From an uncultured bacterium (GTDB taxonomy: Bacteria; Auribacterota; Erginobacteria; Erginobacterales; CAZKCI01): 64,000 nt of DNA. The stretch covers positions 19,643-83,642 of the forward strand of contig CAZKCI010000064.1 in assembly GCA_964551475.1 (NCBI GenBank), given 5' to 3'. The position numbers and the translations under genes are program-made. Below, piece by piece: positions 1-10,407 of this stretch (position 1 is the first letter of the stretch; every line of letters begins with the position of its first letter). Below the pieces are notes generated by a model, which worked only from the letters and a program-made list of their open reading frames with translations, was not told the origin of the DNA and did not search any database.

Positions 1-910
<910 letters not shown>

Positions 911-967
911 AATTTCCGATTTCGGATTTCGGATTGCGGATTGCGGATTTGGCGGACTGAGTTTATA

Positions 968-1807
968 ATGAAACTGCGAACGGTCTTCCGGTATCCTTCC
1001 ATAATAATTGGCTCTCTGCTGATCCTGGGGATGGCCTTGGCTGCGCTCTTCGCGCCGATTCTTTCCCCCCGCGACCCCGACGAGGTCCGGCCGTCGCCCG
1101 AGGAGATCCTGCGGCCGCCCGGGACCGGCTGCCCCCTGGGCACCGACGACCTCGGCCGCGACGTCTTGAGCCGCCTTCTCTACGGGGGGAGAATCTCGCT
1201 TTCGGTCGGTTTCCTGGCGGTCGGGATCGCCCTCCTGATCGGCGTCTTCCTGGGAGCGGCGGCGGGTTATTACGGCGGCTGGGTCGATCTCCTGATCATG
1301 CGCCTGGTGGAGATCGTGATGATGTTCCCGACTTTCTTCTTCATCCTCATGATCCTGGCCTTTCTGGGCCCGGGGATCGGCAACGTGATGATCGTCATCG
1401 GCATCTTCAGCTGGCCCGGCCTCTGCCGGCTGGTCCGGGCCGAGTTCCTGTCCCTGCGCGAGCGGGAATTCGTCCTCGCCGCCCGCGGCCTGGGCGCCTC
1501 CGGCGGGAGGATCATCTTCCGCCACATCCTTCCCAACGCCCTGGGGCCGGTCTTCGTCTATGCCACGCTGGCCGTGGGGGGAGCGATTCTGACCGAGACC
1601 GGCATCTCCTTCCTCGGCCTGGGCGCCCAGCCGCCCGTCTCCTCCTGGGGAAACATCATCACCACCGGCCGCCATTTCATCGACAGCGCCTGGTGGCTCA
1701 CCCTCTTCCCGGGCCTGGCCATCCTGGTCACGGTCCTCTCCTACAACCTCCTCGGTCAGGGACTGCAGGACGCCTTCGATCCGCATCGGACGGGGGCGAG
1801 AAGATGA
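968..1807 (+). CDS. ABC transporter permease, OppC/DppC family
   Basis: ATG at 968 (MKLRTVFRYPS…) inside ORF 941..1807. It has an N-terminal TM segment, a conserved permease core and the EAA-like loop (…ARGLGASGGRIIFRHILPNAL…). There is a 4-bp ATGA overlap with the downstream ATPase. Confidence 0.8.
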   Translation: MKLRTVFRYPSIIIGSLLILGMALAALFAPILSPRDPDEVRPSPEEILRPPGTGCPLGTDDLGRDVLSRLLYGGRISLSVGFLAVGIALLIGVFLGAAAGYYGGWVDLLIMRLVEIVMMFPTFFFILMILAFLGPGIGNVMIVIGIFSWPGLCRLVRAEFLSLREREFVLAARGLGASGGRIIFRHILPNALGPVFVYATLAVGGAILTETGISFLGLGAQPPVSSWGNIITTGRHFIDSAWWLTLFPGLAILVTVLSYNLLGQGLQDAFDPHRTGARR

Positions 1808-2787
1808 AGGCGCTCCTGGAGGTGAGGGATCTGCGCGTGGTCTTCCCGGCCGAAGCGGGCGTGGTCCGGGCGGTAGACGGCGTTTCCTTCTCGCTGGGCG
1901 AAGGGGAGACGCTCGGCCTGGTGGGGGAGTCGGGCTGCGGCAAGACGATGACGGCGCTCTCGCTCCTGCGCCTGATCCCGAGTCCGGGAACGCTGGCCGG
2001 GGGAGAAATCATCCTCAATGGGCGCGACCTCCGGTCGCTCACCGAGGGCGAGATGAGGCGGATCCGCGGGGAGAAGATAGCCATGATCTTCCAGGAGCCG
2101 ATGACCTCCCTGAACCCGGTCTTCACCGTCGGGGAACAGATCGAGGAGACCATCCGCGCCCACGAGCGGGCCGGCCGGGCGGAGGTCCGGGAGCGGGCCC
2201 TGCGGCTTCTGAGGGAAGTCAACATCCCGGACCCCGCCGCCCGTTTCCACGCCTACCCGCACCAGCTCTCCGGGGGCATGCGGCAGCGGGTGATGATCGC
2301 GATCGCCCTCTCCTGCCGCCCCCGCCTCCTGATCGCCGACGAGCCGACCACCGCCCTCGACGTCACGGTCCAGGCGCAGATCCTGAGACTGCTCGGACGG
2401 CTGGGGAAAGAGCACGGGATGGCCCTCCTCCTGGTGACCCACGATCTCGGCGTGGTGGCCCGGGAGACCGACCGGGTGGCGGTGATGTACCTGGGACGGA
2501 TCGTCGAGACCGCGTCCACGTCCGCCCTTTTCGCCCGCCCGCTCCATCCCTATACCGCCGCCCTGATGCGGTCGATCCCGCGCCTGGGAGAGACCCGGCG
2601 CAGGCTCCCCGCGATCCCGGGGAACGTGCCCGATCCCCGGGAGCGCCCGACCGGCTGCTCCTTCCATCCGCGCTGCCCGCTCGCCGAAGCGGTCTGCCGG
2701 GTCGAGGACCCGGCTTTGCTCGAGCTGTTGCCCGGCCATTCGGCCGCCTGCCATGTCGCCCGCAGACACGTGCGCGATCGGACCTGA
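1804..2787 (+). CDS. ABC transporter ATP-binding protein, OppD/DppD family
   Basis: ATG at 1804 ([14 protein letters not shown]). Walker A GESGCGKT, signature LSGGMRQR and Walker [13 protein letters not shown] are present. The C-terminal oligopeptide/dipeptide ABC extension has Cys residues. Confidence 0.85.
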   Translation: MKALLEVRDLRVVFPAEAGVVRAVDGVSFSLGEGETLGLVGESGCGKTMTALSLLRLIPSPGTLAGGEIILNGRDLRSLTEGEMRRIRGEKIAMIFQEPMTSLNPVFTVGEQIEETIRAHERAGRAEVRERALRLLREVNIPDPAARFHAYPHQLSGGMRQRVMIAIALSCRPRLLIADEPTTALDVTVQAQILRLLGRLGKEHGMALLLVTHDLGVVARETDRVAVMYLGRIVETASTSALFARPLHPYTAALMRSIPRLGETRRRLPAIPGNVPDPRERPTGCSFHPRCPLAEAVCRVEDPALLELLPGHSAACHVARRHVRDRT

Positions 2788-2799
2788 GGAGGCCCGATA

Positions 2800-3212
2800 A
2801 CGGAAGGTAAATAGGCTAGGGTTAGGTGAATGGTTTGGTCATTGGGCAAGGGTTAGGTGCGGCCGGGTTCCACCGTTTACCTCACCTATTGACCAGACCA
2901 ATAACCTTGCCCTAACCCATTGACCGATTGGTTGACGGGTTAGGGTAAGGAAGTGGGTCTGGTAAATGGGTTAGGGTCAAGTGCGGCCTGGAGAACCGCC
3001 GGCCGGGCTGCACCATTGACCTTACCCATCGACCAGACCAATAACCTTGCCCTAACCCATTGACCGATTGGTTGACGGGTTAGGGTAAGGAAGTGGGTCT
3101 GGTAAATGGGTTAGGGTCAAGTGCGGCCTGGAGAACCGCCAGCCAGGCTGCACCATCGACCTTACCCATCGACCAGACCAATATCCTAACCCTAACCCAT
3201 CAACCCCATCCG
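2800..3212 (+). repeat. Three tandem copies of a ~125-bp MITE-like element with terminal inverted repeats (GGGTTAGGGTAAGGAAGTGGGTCTGGTAAATGGGTTAGGG … CCTTACCCATCGACCAGACCAATAACCTTGCCCTAACCC), joined by GATTGGTTGAC linkers
   Basis: Two near-identical ~150-bp direct repeats (approx 2893-3050 and 3043-3190), each carrying internal inverted arms, plus a more diverged copy at 2805-2935. The same element recurs at 6 other intergenic loci in the window. Confidence 0.8.
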
Positions 3213-3223
3213 CACCGCAACAA

Positions 3224-4213
3224 ATGAAGGAACAATCTCAAGATATTCTTCTGCAAGTCCGCGACCTCCGGAAGAGCTTCCCCCTTCGCCGGGGGCTCTT
3301 CTCCCGCCCGGCGGGGTCCGTCCGGGCGGTGGACGGGGTGAGCTTCGAGATCCCCCGCGGGACCACGCTCGGCCTGGTCGGCGAGACCGGCTGCGGGAAG
3401 ACCACGCTCGGCCGCCTCATCCTCCGTCTCCTCCCCGCCGACGGGGGAGAGGTTTTCTTCCGGGGCTTGAACGTGCTCGCCCTTCCCCCCGCCCGGCTGC
3501 GGGAGCTGCGCCAGGAGATGCAGATCGTTTTCCAGGATCCTTTCGGATCGCTGAACCCCCGGATGAGAGTCGGCGCGATCGTGGGGGAGGGGCTCCGAAT
3601 CTTTCGGCGGGGGACCGGACGGGAGATCGAGACGGAGACGGCCCGCCTCCTGGAGCGGGTGGGCCTCAACGCCTCCGCGGCGAAACTCTATCCCCACGAG
3701 TTTTCGGGCGGCCAGCGCCAGCGGATCGGGATCGCCCGGGCGATCGCGCTCCGGCCCGCGTTCATCGTCTGCGACGAGCCGGTCTCTTCGCTGGACGTCT
3801 CCATCCAGGCCCAGATCCTGAACCTTCTCGCCGACTTGCAGGAGGAGATGGGGCTCGCCTATCTCTTCATCGCCCATGATCTCCGCGTGGTCGAGCACAT
3901 CTCCCATCGGGTGGCGGTGATGTACCGGGGGCGGCTCATGGAGACGGCGAAACGGGAGGATCTTTACGCCGATCCCCGCCACCCCTACACCCGTCTCCTT
4001 CTGGATTCCATCCCCGATCTCGATCCCGCCGCCCCCCGCCGCGATCCGCCCGCCGTTGCGCCCGAAGAGGCGGCTGGCGACGGCTGCCCGTTCTTCCCGC
4101 GCTGCGGGGAGAGGAGCGAGGAATGCGGTACGGTAGTTCCGGAGCTTCAGGAGATTTTTCCCGGGCATCAGGTGGCGTGTATAAGGCAGGGAAGGCTGAA
4201 GACCGAAGGCTGA
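3224..4213 (+). CDS. ABC transporter ATP-binding protein, OppF/DppF family
   Basis: Walker A GETGCGKT, signature FSGGQRQR, Walker B FIVCDEPVSSLD and a C-terminal Cys-containing extension (CPFFPRC). Confidence 0.85.
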   Translation: MKEQSQDILLQVRDLRKSFPLRRGLFSRPAGSVRAVDGVSFEIPRGTTLGLVGETGCGKTTLGRLILRLLPADGGEVFFRGLNVLALPPARLRELRQEMQIVFQDPFGSLNPRMRVGAIVGEGLRIFRRGTGREIETETARLLERVGLNASAAKLYPHEFSGGQRQRIGIARAIALRPAFIVCDEPVSSLDVSIQAQILNLLADLQEEMGLAYLFIAHDLRVVEHISHRVAVMYRGRLMETAKREDLYADPRHPYTRLLLDSIPDLDPAAPRRDPPAVAPEEAAGDGCPFFPRCGERSEECGTVVPELQEIFPGHQVACIRQGRLKTEG

Positions 4214-4370
4214 AGGCTGAAGGCCGAAGACTGAAGGCTGAAGGCTGAAGGAAAAACCGCCTGAACCCTGAACCCTGAACCCTGAACCCTGAACCCTGAA
4301 CCCTGAACCCTGAACCCCGTAGCCAGCCACTTGACAATTGATAAATGACCAATGACGAATGACCAATGAT
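4189..4370. repeat. Three consecutive short tandem arrays: (GCTGAAGG)x~7 overlapping the oppF 3' end, (CCTGAAC)x8, and (AATGACC)x3
   Basis: Read directly: …gaaggctgaagaccgaaggctgaaggctgaaggccgaagactgaaggctgaaggctgaagg…cctgaaccctgaaccctgaaccctgaaccctgaaccctgaaccctgaacccc…aatgaccaatgacgaatgaccaatga. A TTGACA hexamer sits at ~4331. Confidence 0.85.
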
Positions 4371-4385
4371 AAAGGGGGTCTAGTT

Positions 4386-6182
4386 ATGAAAAAATGGCTC
4401 TCGCTCGCGATTGTCATCCTCATCCTGGCCGGAATCGCCATCTGGCGCTTCGCCTTCCGGCCGACTTCCTCGCCGCCTCTCTCCGCGTTCGTTCCGGAAC
4501 GGGCCGCGATCTATCTGTCCGCGGACGATCTGGCCGGTTTCTGGGACCGTTTCGTCACCGGGGAATTCTGGCGGGAGCTGAGCGGATCGCCCCTTTGGAA
4601 GAAGGCGGGGATTCCGGAGAAGATCGCCTCCTGGGCCGCCGGTTTCGAAGCCGCGGCCGGTTTTCCTCTCGATCGGGACAACTTCCGCGAGCTCTGCGGG
4701 CGTCAAATCGCCCTCGCCCTCCTGCCGGAGGAGAAGGGCCGTCCCGCGTGCTTCCTTCTGGCCACCCGGGTCGGCGCGAAAACCCGGGCGCTGGAGCTCG
4801 TCTCCCGCTGGCGGGACAAGATCCGCGCCGAAGATCAGAGGTCTTTGCGGGAATCGGAGCGGTCGGATCTTCCCTGGGTGGAGATCCGCCCGAGCGAGGT
4901 CTTCCCGTTCTCCTCGGCCTACGCATTCTTCGGCGATTGCCTGGTCTTCCTGGTGTCGCCCGTGCGGGCCGGTCGGGAGATCGAAGAGGTCCTGTCCCTC
5001 GCCCAAGGGAAGGGGACCGGCGCCTCCATCGCCGCGCTCGACGGCTTCCGGGAGACGAGCGGCCTCCTTCCGCCGTCCTTTTCGCCGCGACTCTTCTGGC
5101 ATCTGCGCGCCGATCGCCTGTCGGCGCTGTGGGGAGGGGGAGGCCTGGTCGGGATCGAAGCCCCCGGGATGAGGGAATGGGAGACTCTTTCCAACAACCT
5201 CCGCTCCCGCCTGGAGACCACCCGCTCGCTCGGCGGGGCGGTGTGGCTGGAACGGGGGCTGAAGGGCTTTATCCGCAGGGAGTTCGATGTCGCCCGGGCG
5301 AAAGAGATCTATGGCGAGAAACTCTCTCGTCCGATCTCCCGGCGGCTGGACGGTCTCCGTTTCGCCCCCGCTTCCGCCCTGGGCGTCTGGGCCGCCGCCG
5401 AGGACTTCTCCCTCTGCTGGGAGCGGGCGCGGATCGATTGGGAGATGCTGGCCCCGCTCCTCACCACGGGCGCGGACCGGGACTCGCGGGAAGTTTGGAC
5501 GGCGCTGTTCCGGACGTTCCGGGAAGATCTTCTCCCCGCGCTCTCGGATGAAGCGGCGGTCGTCCTCAACCGCCTCGCCTCTCCCGGCCTGATCCCGCTC
5601 CCCGACGCCGCGCTGGCGGTCAAAGTGAAAGACGCCGCCGCCGCCGCGCGGGGGATGGAGAAGGTCGTCGCCGCGGCGATCGGGAGCCGGCCCATCCTTC
5701 CCTCGTCCGCGCGGCGGGGAAAGTGGGAGATCACGACGGTCCCGGTCGCGCCCTTTTTCCAGCCCGCCTGGGCGGCGGCCGAGGGTTATCTGGTCGCCGG
5801 GACCGCTTCGGCGGCGGTGGAGAAAGCCCTCCTGCTCCTGTCCGGCGGGGAAGGGCGGCTGATCGACGAAGCGGATTTCCGGCGCCTGGCCGAGGTCATC
5901 CCGGCCGAGGGCGGGCGTTATCTCTATCTCGACACCGCCCGTCTGAGCGACGATATCGCCGAGGTCATCCGCTGGGCGGCGGCTTTCGCGCCGAAGGAAG
6001 AGCGGCAGCGGGAGTTCCTATCGGCGCCGGAGGCGATCGAGTCGCTGCGCCCCTGGAAGCGCCTGGAGAAATTGGCGTTGCGGGCGCGGGCGCAACAAAA
6101 CGTTGTGATCGATGACTTTTACTGGTATAGTGCTGAAGAATCATTCTCCGGCGCGGCTTCCGGGACGCCGCCTGCGCGTTGA
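4386..6182 (+). CDS. Hypothetical membrane-anchored protein (~598 aa); N-terminal TM helix, large periplasmic/extracytoplasmic domain
   Basis: ATG 4386 preceded by AGGGGG RBS ([20 protein letters not shown]…). It sits in the long ORF 4359..6182 and has no recognisable catalytic motif. It possibly resembles DUF3352-type proteins; this is unverified. Confidence 0.55.
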   Translation: MKKWLSLAIVILILAGIAIWRFAFRPTSSPPLSAFVPERAAIYLSADDLAGFWDRFVTGEFWRELSGSPLWKKAGIPEKIASWAAGFEAAAGFPLDRDNFRELCGRQIALALLPEEKGRPACFLLATRVGAKTRALELVSRWRDKIRAEDQRSLRESERSDLPWVEIRPSEVFPFSSAYAFFGDCLVFLVSPVRAGREIEEVLSLAQGKGTGASIAALDGFRETSGLLPPSFSPRLFWHLRADRLSALWGGGGLVGIEAPGMREWETLSNNLRSRLETTRSLGGAVWLERGLKGFIRREFDVARAKEIYGEKLSRPISRRLDGLRFAPASALGVWAAAEDFSLCWERARIDWEMLAPLLTTGADRDSREVWTALFRTFREDLLPALSDEAAVVLNRLASPGLIPLPDAALAVKVKDAAAAARGMEKVVAAAIGSRPILPSSARRGKWEITTVPVAPFFQPAWAAAEGYLVAGTASAAVEKALLLLSGGEGRLIDEADFRRLAEVIPAEGGRYLYLDTARLSDDIAEVIRWAAAFAPKEERQREFLSAPEAIESLRPWKRLEKLALRARAQQNVVIDDFYWYSAEESFSGAASGTPPAR

Positions 6183-6208
6183 TCCGGCCCGCCGGTTTTC
6201 GGTTTTTA

Positions 6209-6290
6209 GCCGGGATGGTGGAACTGGCAGACACATACGTTTGAGGGGCGTATGGGGTAACCCGTGCGGGTTCGACTCCCGCTCCCGGCA
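6209..6290 (+). tRNA. tRNA-Leu (anticodon GAG), type II with long variable arm
   Basis: Acceptor stem GCCGGGA/TCCCGGC with discriminator A. Anticodon stem tacgt/gcgta has the loop TTGAGGG, giving anticodon GAG. The variable arm tggggtaacccgtgc is long. The T-arm is GCGGG-TTCGACT-CCCGC. No encoded CCA. Confidence 0.8.
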
Positions 6291-6317
6291 TCAGCGAATA
6301 TTCGAGGAATTTTTTGC

Positions 6318-6346
6318 TTGCCAGGAGAATCCGATATTCGTATGAT
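6318..6346 (+). promoter_or_regulatory. Candidate sigma70 promoter: TTGCCA - 17 nt - TATGAT upstream of the OMP gene
   Basis: Hexamers read at 6318-6323 and 6341-6346 with an exact 17-nt spacer. A hairpin flanked by T/A runs (cTTTTTCCGGACGCC…GGCGGCCGGAAAAAg, ~6367-6401) lies between it and the RBS. Confidence 0.45.
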
Positions 6347-6418
6347 AAAAGCAGCTTAGAAACCATCTTTTTCCGGACGCCTCGAGGGCGGCCGGAAAAA
6401 GAAAGGAAAGGAGCCCAG

Positions 6419-7078
6419 GTGAAGACAAAGCTGATCTGCGTGATGGGTGTCTCTTGCCTCGCCTTGATCGTCGCCGGCCTCGGATGGGGCCAGGCCTATA
6501 TGGACAAAGGATACGGCAACGCCGGCCACGTCGATAATTGGAAGCCGATCGACGTGGGAGATCGCATGATCGGGGTCTCCTGCCGTCCCGGGATCGGCGC
6601 CCGGGTGGGCTATTTCTTCCCCTACTCCAACGACGACGTGAACAGCGAGATCGCCTACGAGGGGATCATCTCCTACGCGGTCAGCAACGTCTTCGCCACC
6701 GCCCTCACCGTCGGCTACACCGACCCCGAGGTCCTGGCTCCCGTCGCCGGGCGCATGGAGACGACCTACCTGAACCTGACCTTCGAGCTCCGGGGCGAGC
6801 CCGAGCCCAATTTCGGCCTCTACCTCGGCTTCGGCCCCAGCATCTATTTCACCAACTTCAAATCCGATGGTCCCTACGCCCTGGATTCCGACGACACTTT
6901 CGGCTGCCACATCTCCCTGGGGATTGACTATTTCGTCCTCCAGGACCTCGCCATCAACATCGACGTCAAGCACCAGTGGTTCATCGGTGACATCAAGTAC
7001 CGCGTCAACGGCGGGAAGAAGGAGAAGCTGGAGATGAACGGAATGACCTTCGGGGCGGGTCTGAAGTATTTCTTCTGA
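6419..7078 (+). CDS. Outer-membrane beta-barrel protein (OmpA-like/OMP_b-brl family)
   Basis: GTG 6419 after a GGAG RBS. Signal peptide VKTKLICVMGVSCLALIVAGLGWGQA, alternating amphipathic beta-strand pattern, and a C-terminal …GAGLKYFF with terminal Phe typical of OMPs. Confidence 0.6.
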   Translation: MKTKLICVMGVSCLALIVAGLGWGQAYMDKGYGNAGHVDNWKPIDVGDRMIGVSCRPGIGARVGYFFPYSNDDVNSEIAYEGIISYAVSNVFATALTVGYTDPEVLAPVAGRMETTYLNLTFELRGEPEPNFGLYLGFGPSIYFTNFKSDGPYALDSDDTFGCHISLGIDYFVLQDLAINIDVKHQWFIGDIKYRVNGGKKEKLEMNGMTFGAGLKYFF

Positions 7079-7108
7079 TCCCGGCCTTCGGGCGTTTGAC
7101 GGGCTTTT

Positions 7109-7150
7109 CGAGGGGCTCGCGCGTTGGCGCGAGCCCCTCGCTATTTCGGG
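7109..7150 (+). terminator. Rho-independent terminator-like hairpin after the OMP gene
   Basis: cGAGGGGCTCGCGC-gttg-GCGCGAGCCCCTCg perfect 13-bp stem followed by ctatttcggg. Confidence 0.5.
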
Positions 7151-7152
7151 TC

Positions 7153-7304
7153 AGTATATATGGGCGCGCCGGGTGCTGTCCGCGGACGGGTTTCGCTATC
7201 GTAGGCGCGGACCTTTACGGTCCGCGGTTACGACACCGGGGAGGGGACCCTGGGGACGTTTCGGCTTGAAATGATTCCGAAGGCCCATATATAATACGCG
7301 CCCG
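7153..7304 (+). other. Structured ~150-nt element upstream of hppA. Its ends are mutually complementary AT-rich segments (gTATATATGGGCGCGcc … ggCCCATATATAatacgcgccc) and it encloses strong internal hairpins (GCGCGGACC-ttta-CGGTCCGCG)
   Basis: Complementarity was read directly. It is either a cis-regulatory leader RNA or a small TA-flanked MITE. Confidence 0.35.
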
Positions 7305-7378
7305 ATGGACGAAGTCTTCGGGAGCGGATGCTCTGCGTCCGTTCCCAGAACAAACCAGGACAATCAAGAGGAGGAGCC

Positions 7379-9814
7379 ATGAGGAAAACATTTTGGTTGG
7401 CGCCGGCGCTCTCTGCCGCCGCCCTGTTGTCCCCTTCCGCGACCTGGGCCGCTTCCGACGCGATACCCGCCTCCTGGTGGCTCGCGCCGTTGTCTTCGAT
7501 CGCGGCCCTGGCGGTGGCCTTCTTCTTCTACCGCTGGATGATGGCCCAGCCGCCCGGCAACGAGGCCATGGTCCGGATCGCGGGCTATGTCCGCGAAGGC
7601 GCCCATGCCTATCTCCGGCGCCAGTACGCGGTGGTGGGCAAGATCTTCATCGCCCTGGCGCTCCTCTTGGGCGTCCTGGCGGTGCTGGGGATACAGAACC
7701 CGTTCGTGCCTATATCTTTCCTGACCGGGGGGTTCTTCTCCGGCCTCTGCGGCTACCTGGGGATGAAGTCCGCGACCCAGGCCTCCTCCCGGACGGCCGA
7801 GGGGGCCCGCCTTTCCCTAAATCAAGGGCTCAAGATCGCCTTCCGATCCGGGGCGGTGATGGGGCTGGTGGTGGTCGGCTTCGGCCTTCTCGACATCTCC
7901 TTCTGGTACCTGGTGTTGAACTGGATCTATGACCATAATATCTTTGGCTTGAGCCTGGTGTTGGCCCGGAAGGTCGGTCTGGTCGTGACCGATCAGGCCT
8001 GGGATCCCTCCTGGGTCAATAATTCGCTCTACTTGAGAGGGAAGCTGGTGGAGATCACCACCACCATGATCACCTTCGGGATGGGGGCGTCCACCATGGC
8101 CCTCTTCGCCCGCGTGGGCGGGGGGATCTTCACCAAGGCCGCCGACGTGGGGGCGGACCTGGTGGGCAAGGTCGAAGCCGACATCCCCGAGGACGATCCC
8201 CGCAATCCGGCGACCATCGCCGACAACGTGGGAGACAACGTGGGCGACGTGGCCGGGATGGGCGCCGATCTCTACGAATCCTACTGCGGTTCCATCCTCT
8301 CCACCGCCGCCCTGGGCGCGGCCTTGCCGCTGATCGCCGGCGCCTTCAGCCCGGCCCGGGCGGTGATGGCTCCGATGCTGGTCTCGGCGCTGGGGATCAT
8401 ATGCTCCATCGTCGGGATGTTCTTCGTGCGCACGCGCGAGCAGGCCACCCAGAAAAACCTGCTCAAGGCCCTGCTCCTGGGCACGCTCGGCAGTTCGGTG
8501 CTGATCCTGATCGCCTGCGCCCTGATGGCCCTGATCGGCCTGATCACCTGGGGAATCTTCGGTTCGGTGGTCGCGGGCCTTCTCGCCGGCGTGATCATCG
8601 GGCAGTCCACCGAGTACTACACCAGCGATGAGTACGCCCCCACCAAGTCCGTGGCCAACCAGGCCCGGATGGGTCCGGCGACGACCGTCCTGGACGGGAT
8701 CGCGGTGGGGATGTTCTCGACCGGGATACCGGTGATCACCGTCGCCGTGGGGCTGCTCGCCTCCTATGCCTTCGCCGGCGGCTTCTCCAGCATTCCCATG
8801 GGCCTTTACGGCGTCGGCTTTGCCGCGGTCGGGATGCTCTCCACGCTGGGGATCACGCTCGCCACCGACGCCTACGGCCCGATCGCCGACAACGCCGGCG
8901 GGAACGCCCAGATGGCGGGGCTCGATCCGGAGGTGCGGGAGCGGACCGCCGCTCTCGACTCGCTCGGAAACACCACCGCCGCCACCGGGAAGGGCTTCGC
9001 CATCGGCTCGGCGGCCCTGACCGCTCTCGCCCTGGTCGCGGCCTACATCGAAGAGATCAAGATCTGGGTGGGAAAACTGGCGGGGGACGGCTACTTCCTG
9101 GTCGGCAAATACGCCTTCGTGAACAACGTTGGGGGCGAGGCGAAGGCCAAGGTGGCGGGGATCGCCCATATCGTCACCGCTGCCAAAGCGGAGATGGGCG
9201 ACTTTGTCAACGCCTACGACCTCAATCTGATGAACCCCCTTCTCCTCTGCGGCATCTTCCTGGGGTCGATGATGGCCTTTTATTTCTGCGCCCTGGCCAT
9301 CAAGGCGGTGGGCCAGGCGGCCGGCACCATGGTCGAGGAGGTCCGCCGCCAGTTCAAGGAGATCCCGGGGATCATGGAAGGGAAGGGGACGCCGGACTAT
9401 GCCCGCTGCGTCGCCATCTCCACCCAGGGCGCCCAGCGGCAGATGGTCCTCCCCTCGCTTCTCGCGATCATCGTCCCGGTGGCCACCGGGATCGTGCTCG
9501 GCGTCCCCGGCGTGATGGGGCTTCTGATCGGGTCCATGGCCGCCGGGTTCTCGCTGGCCTGCATGCTGAACAACTCGGGGGGCGCCTGGGACAACGCCAA
9601 GAAATTCATTGAGCGGGGAAGCTACGGGGGCAAAGGCTCCGCCGCCCATAAAGCCGCGGTCATCGGCGACACCGTGGGCGATCCCTTCAAGGATACCGCC
9701 GGTCCCTCGATGAACATCCTGCTCAAGCTGATGGCCATGGTGAGCGTGGTCTTCGCCGGGGTGGTGGTCAAGCTCTCACCCATCATCGCCCAGGGCCTCT
9801 TGGGACTGCGCTGA
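7379..9814 (+). CDS. hppA: Membrane-bound proton/sodium-translocating pyrophosphatase (H+-PPase)
   Basis: ATG 7379 after GAGGAGG. ~16 TM segments with hallmark motifs …[19 protein letters not shown]…, [41 protein letters not shown]. The GNTTAA (Ala) variant points to the K+-stimulated subfamily. Confidence 0.9.
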   Translation: MRKTFWLAPALSAAALLSPSATWAASDAIPASWWLAPLSSIAALAVAFFFYRWMMAQPPGNEAMVRIAGYVREGAHAYLRRQYAVVGKIFIALALLLGVLAVLGIQNPFVPISFLTGGFFSGLCGYLGMKSATQASSRTAEGARLSLNQGLKIAFRSGAVMGLVVVGFGLLDISFWYLVLNWIYDHNIFGLSLVLARKVGLVVTDQAWDPSWVNNSLYLRGKLVEITTTMITFGMGASTMALFARVGGGIFTKAADVGADLVGKVEADIPEDDPRNPATIADNVGDNVGDVAGMGADLYESYCGSILSTAALGAALPLIAGAFSPARAVMAPMLVSALGIICSIVGMFFVRTREQATQKNLLKALLLGTLGSSVLILIACALMALIGLITWGIFGSVVAGLLAGVIIGQSTEYYTSDEYAPTKSVANQARMGPATTVLDGIAVGMFSTGIPVITVAVGLLASYAFAGGFSSIPMGLYGVGFAAVGMLSTLGITLATDAYGPIADNAGGNAQMAGLDPEVRERTAALDSLGNTTAATGKGFAIGSAALTALALVAAYIEEIKIWVGKLAGDGYFLVGKYAFVNNVGGEAKAKVAGIAHIVTAAKAEMGDFVNAYDLNLMNPLLLCGIFLGSMMAFYFCALAIKAVGQAAGTMVEEVRRQFKEIPGIMEGKGTPDYARCVAISTQGAQRQMVLPSLLAIIVPVATGIVLGVPGVMGLLIGSMAAGFSLACMLNNSGGAWDNAKKFIERGSYGGKGSAAHKAAVIGDTVGDPFKDTAGPSMNILLKLMAMVSVVFAGVVVKLSPIIAQGLLGLR

Positions 9815-9831
9815 ACGGCCGGGGAAGCGAG

Positions 9832-10266
9832 ATGAGCCAGGGGGAGAACCGGCCGGGCGAAATCCATGACGAGCCGGCGGCCAGCCGTCTGGGCTACCGG
9901 GTTCTCAAGGCGGTCCTGATCATCCTGGTCGCGGGCGGCGTGGTCTTCCTGTGGAAGTTCGCCGCCCGGCGCACCCCCCCCGACCTGGCCCCCCACCGGG
10001 GACAGCTCCGGCTGCTGGAGGAGTCCTACGCCCTCCGCCAGGAGCGGATCCGCGCCGACTTTGAGGAGAAGATCCGCGCCGCGCCCAACGAGGTCCTTTC
10101 CGTCAAGTACCAGCAGGAGGAGAACCAGGAACTGAATCGGGCCGAGGACCTCTATTTCGCCGACAAGGAAGCGATCGCCCGGGGCGATTACCGCTGTCTC
10201 CCGGCCCACTGGGGGGAGGAGATCAAGCGGATGCCGAAATCAACAACTGGAACAACTGACCGTTAA
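9832..10266 (+). CDS. Hypothetical small membrane-anchored protein (144 aa)
   Basis: ORF with one TM helix ([18 protein letters not shown]) and a charged C-terminal region. It is co-directional and close to hppA. No recognisable motif. Confidence 0.45.
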   Translation: MSQGENRPGEIHDEPAASRLGYRVLKAVLIILVAGGVVFLWKFAARRTPPDLAPHRGQLRLLEESYALRQERIRADFEEKIRAAPNEVLSVKYQQEENQELNRAEDLYFADKEAIARGDYRCLPAHWGEEIKRMPKSTTGTTDR

Positions 10267-10398
10267 TGGGTAAGGGTGAGGAAGTGGGTCTGGTCAATGG
10301 GTTGGGGTTAAGTGCAGCCCGGCGAATCGCAAGACAGGCCAGACCATTAACCTTACCCATCTTCCAGACCAATAACCTCACCCTTACCTATTGACCAT
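10267..10398 (+). repeat. MITE-like palindromic element, single copy, beginning 1 bp after the upstream stop codon
   Basis: tGGGTAAGGGTGAGGAAGTGGGTCTGGTCAATGGGTTGGGGTTAAGTGCAGCCC…AGACCATTAACCTTACCCATCTTCCAGACCAATAACCTCACCCTTACC. The arms are reverse-complementary. Confidence 0.8.
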
Positions 10399-10407
10399 CG
10401 GTTAACA

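Noticed and set aside
2936-2960. Telomere-like TTAGGG units (GGGTTAGGGTTAGG) in the repeat arms
   Set aside because: There are only two units per copy and they are part of the element's inverted arms. This is a coincidental resemblance in a bacterial chromosome.
4394-5551. Alternative-frame 385-aa ORF overlapping the hypothetical membrane protein gene
   Set aside because: It is Arg/Gly/Pro-rich low-complexity sequence. The other frame has the TM anchor and an RBS.
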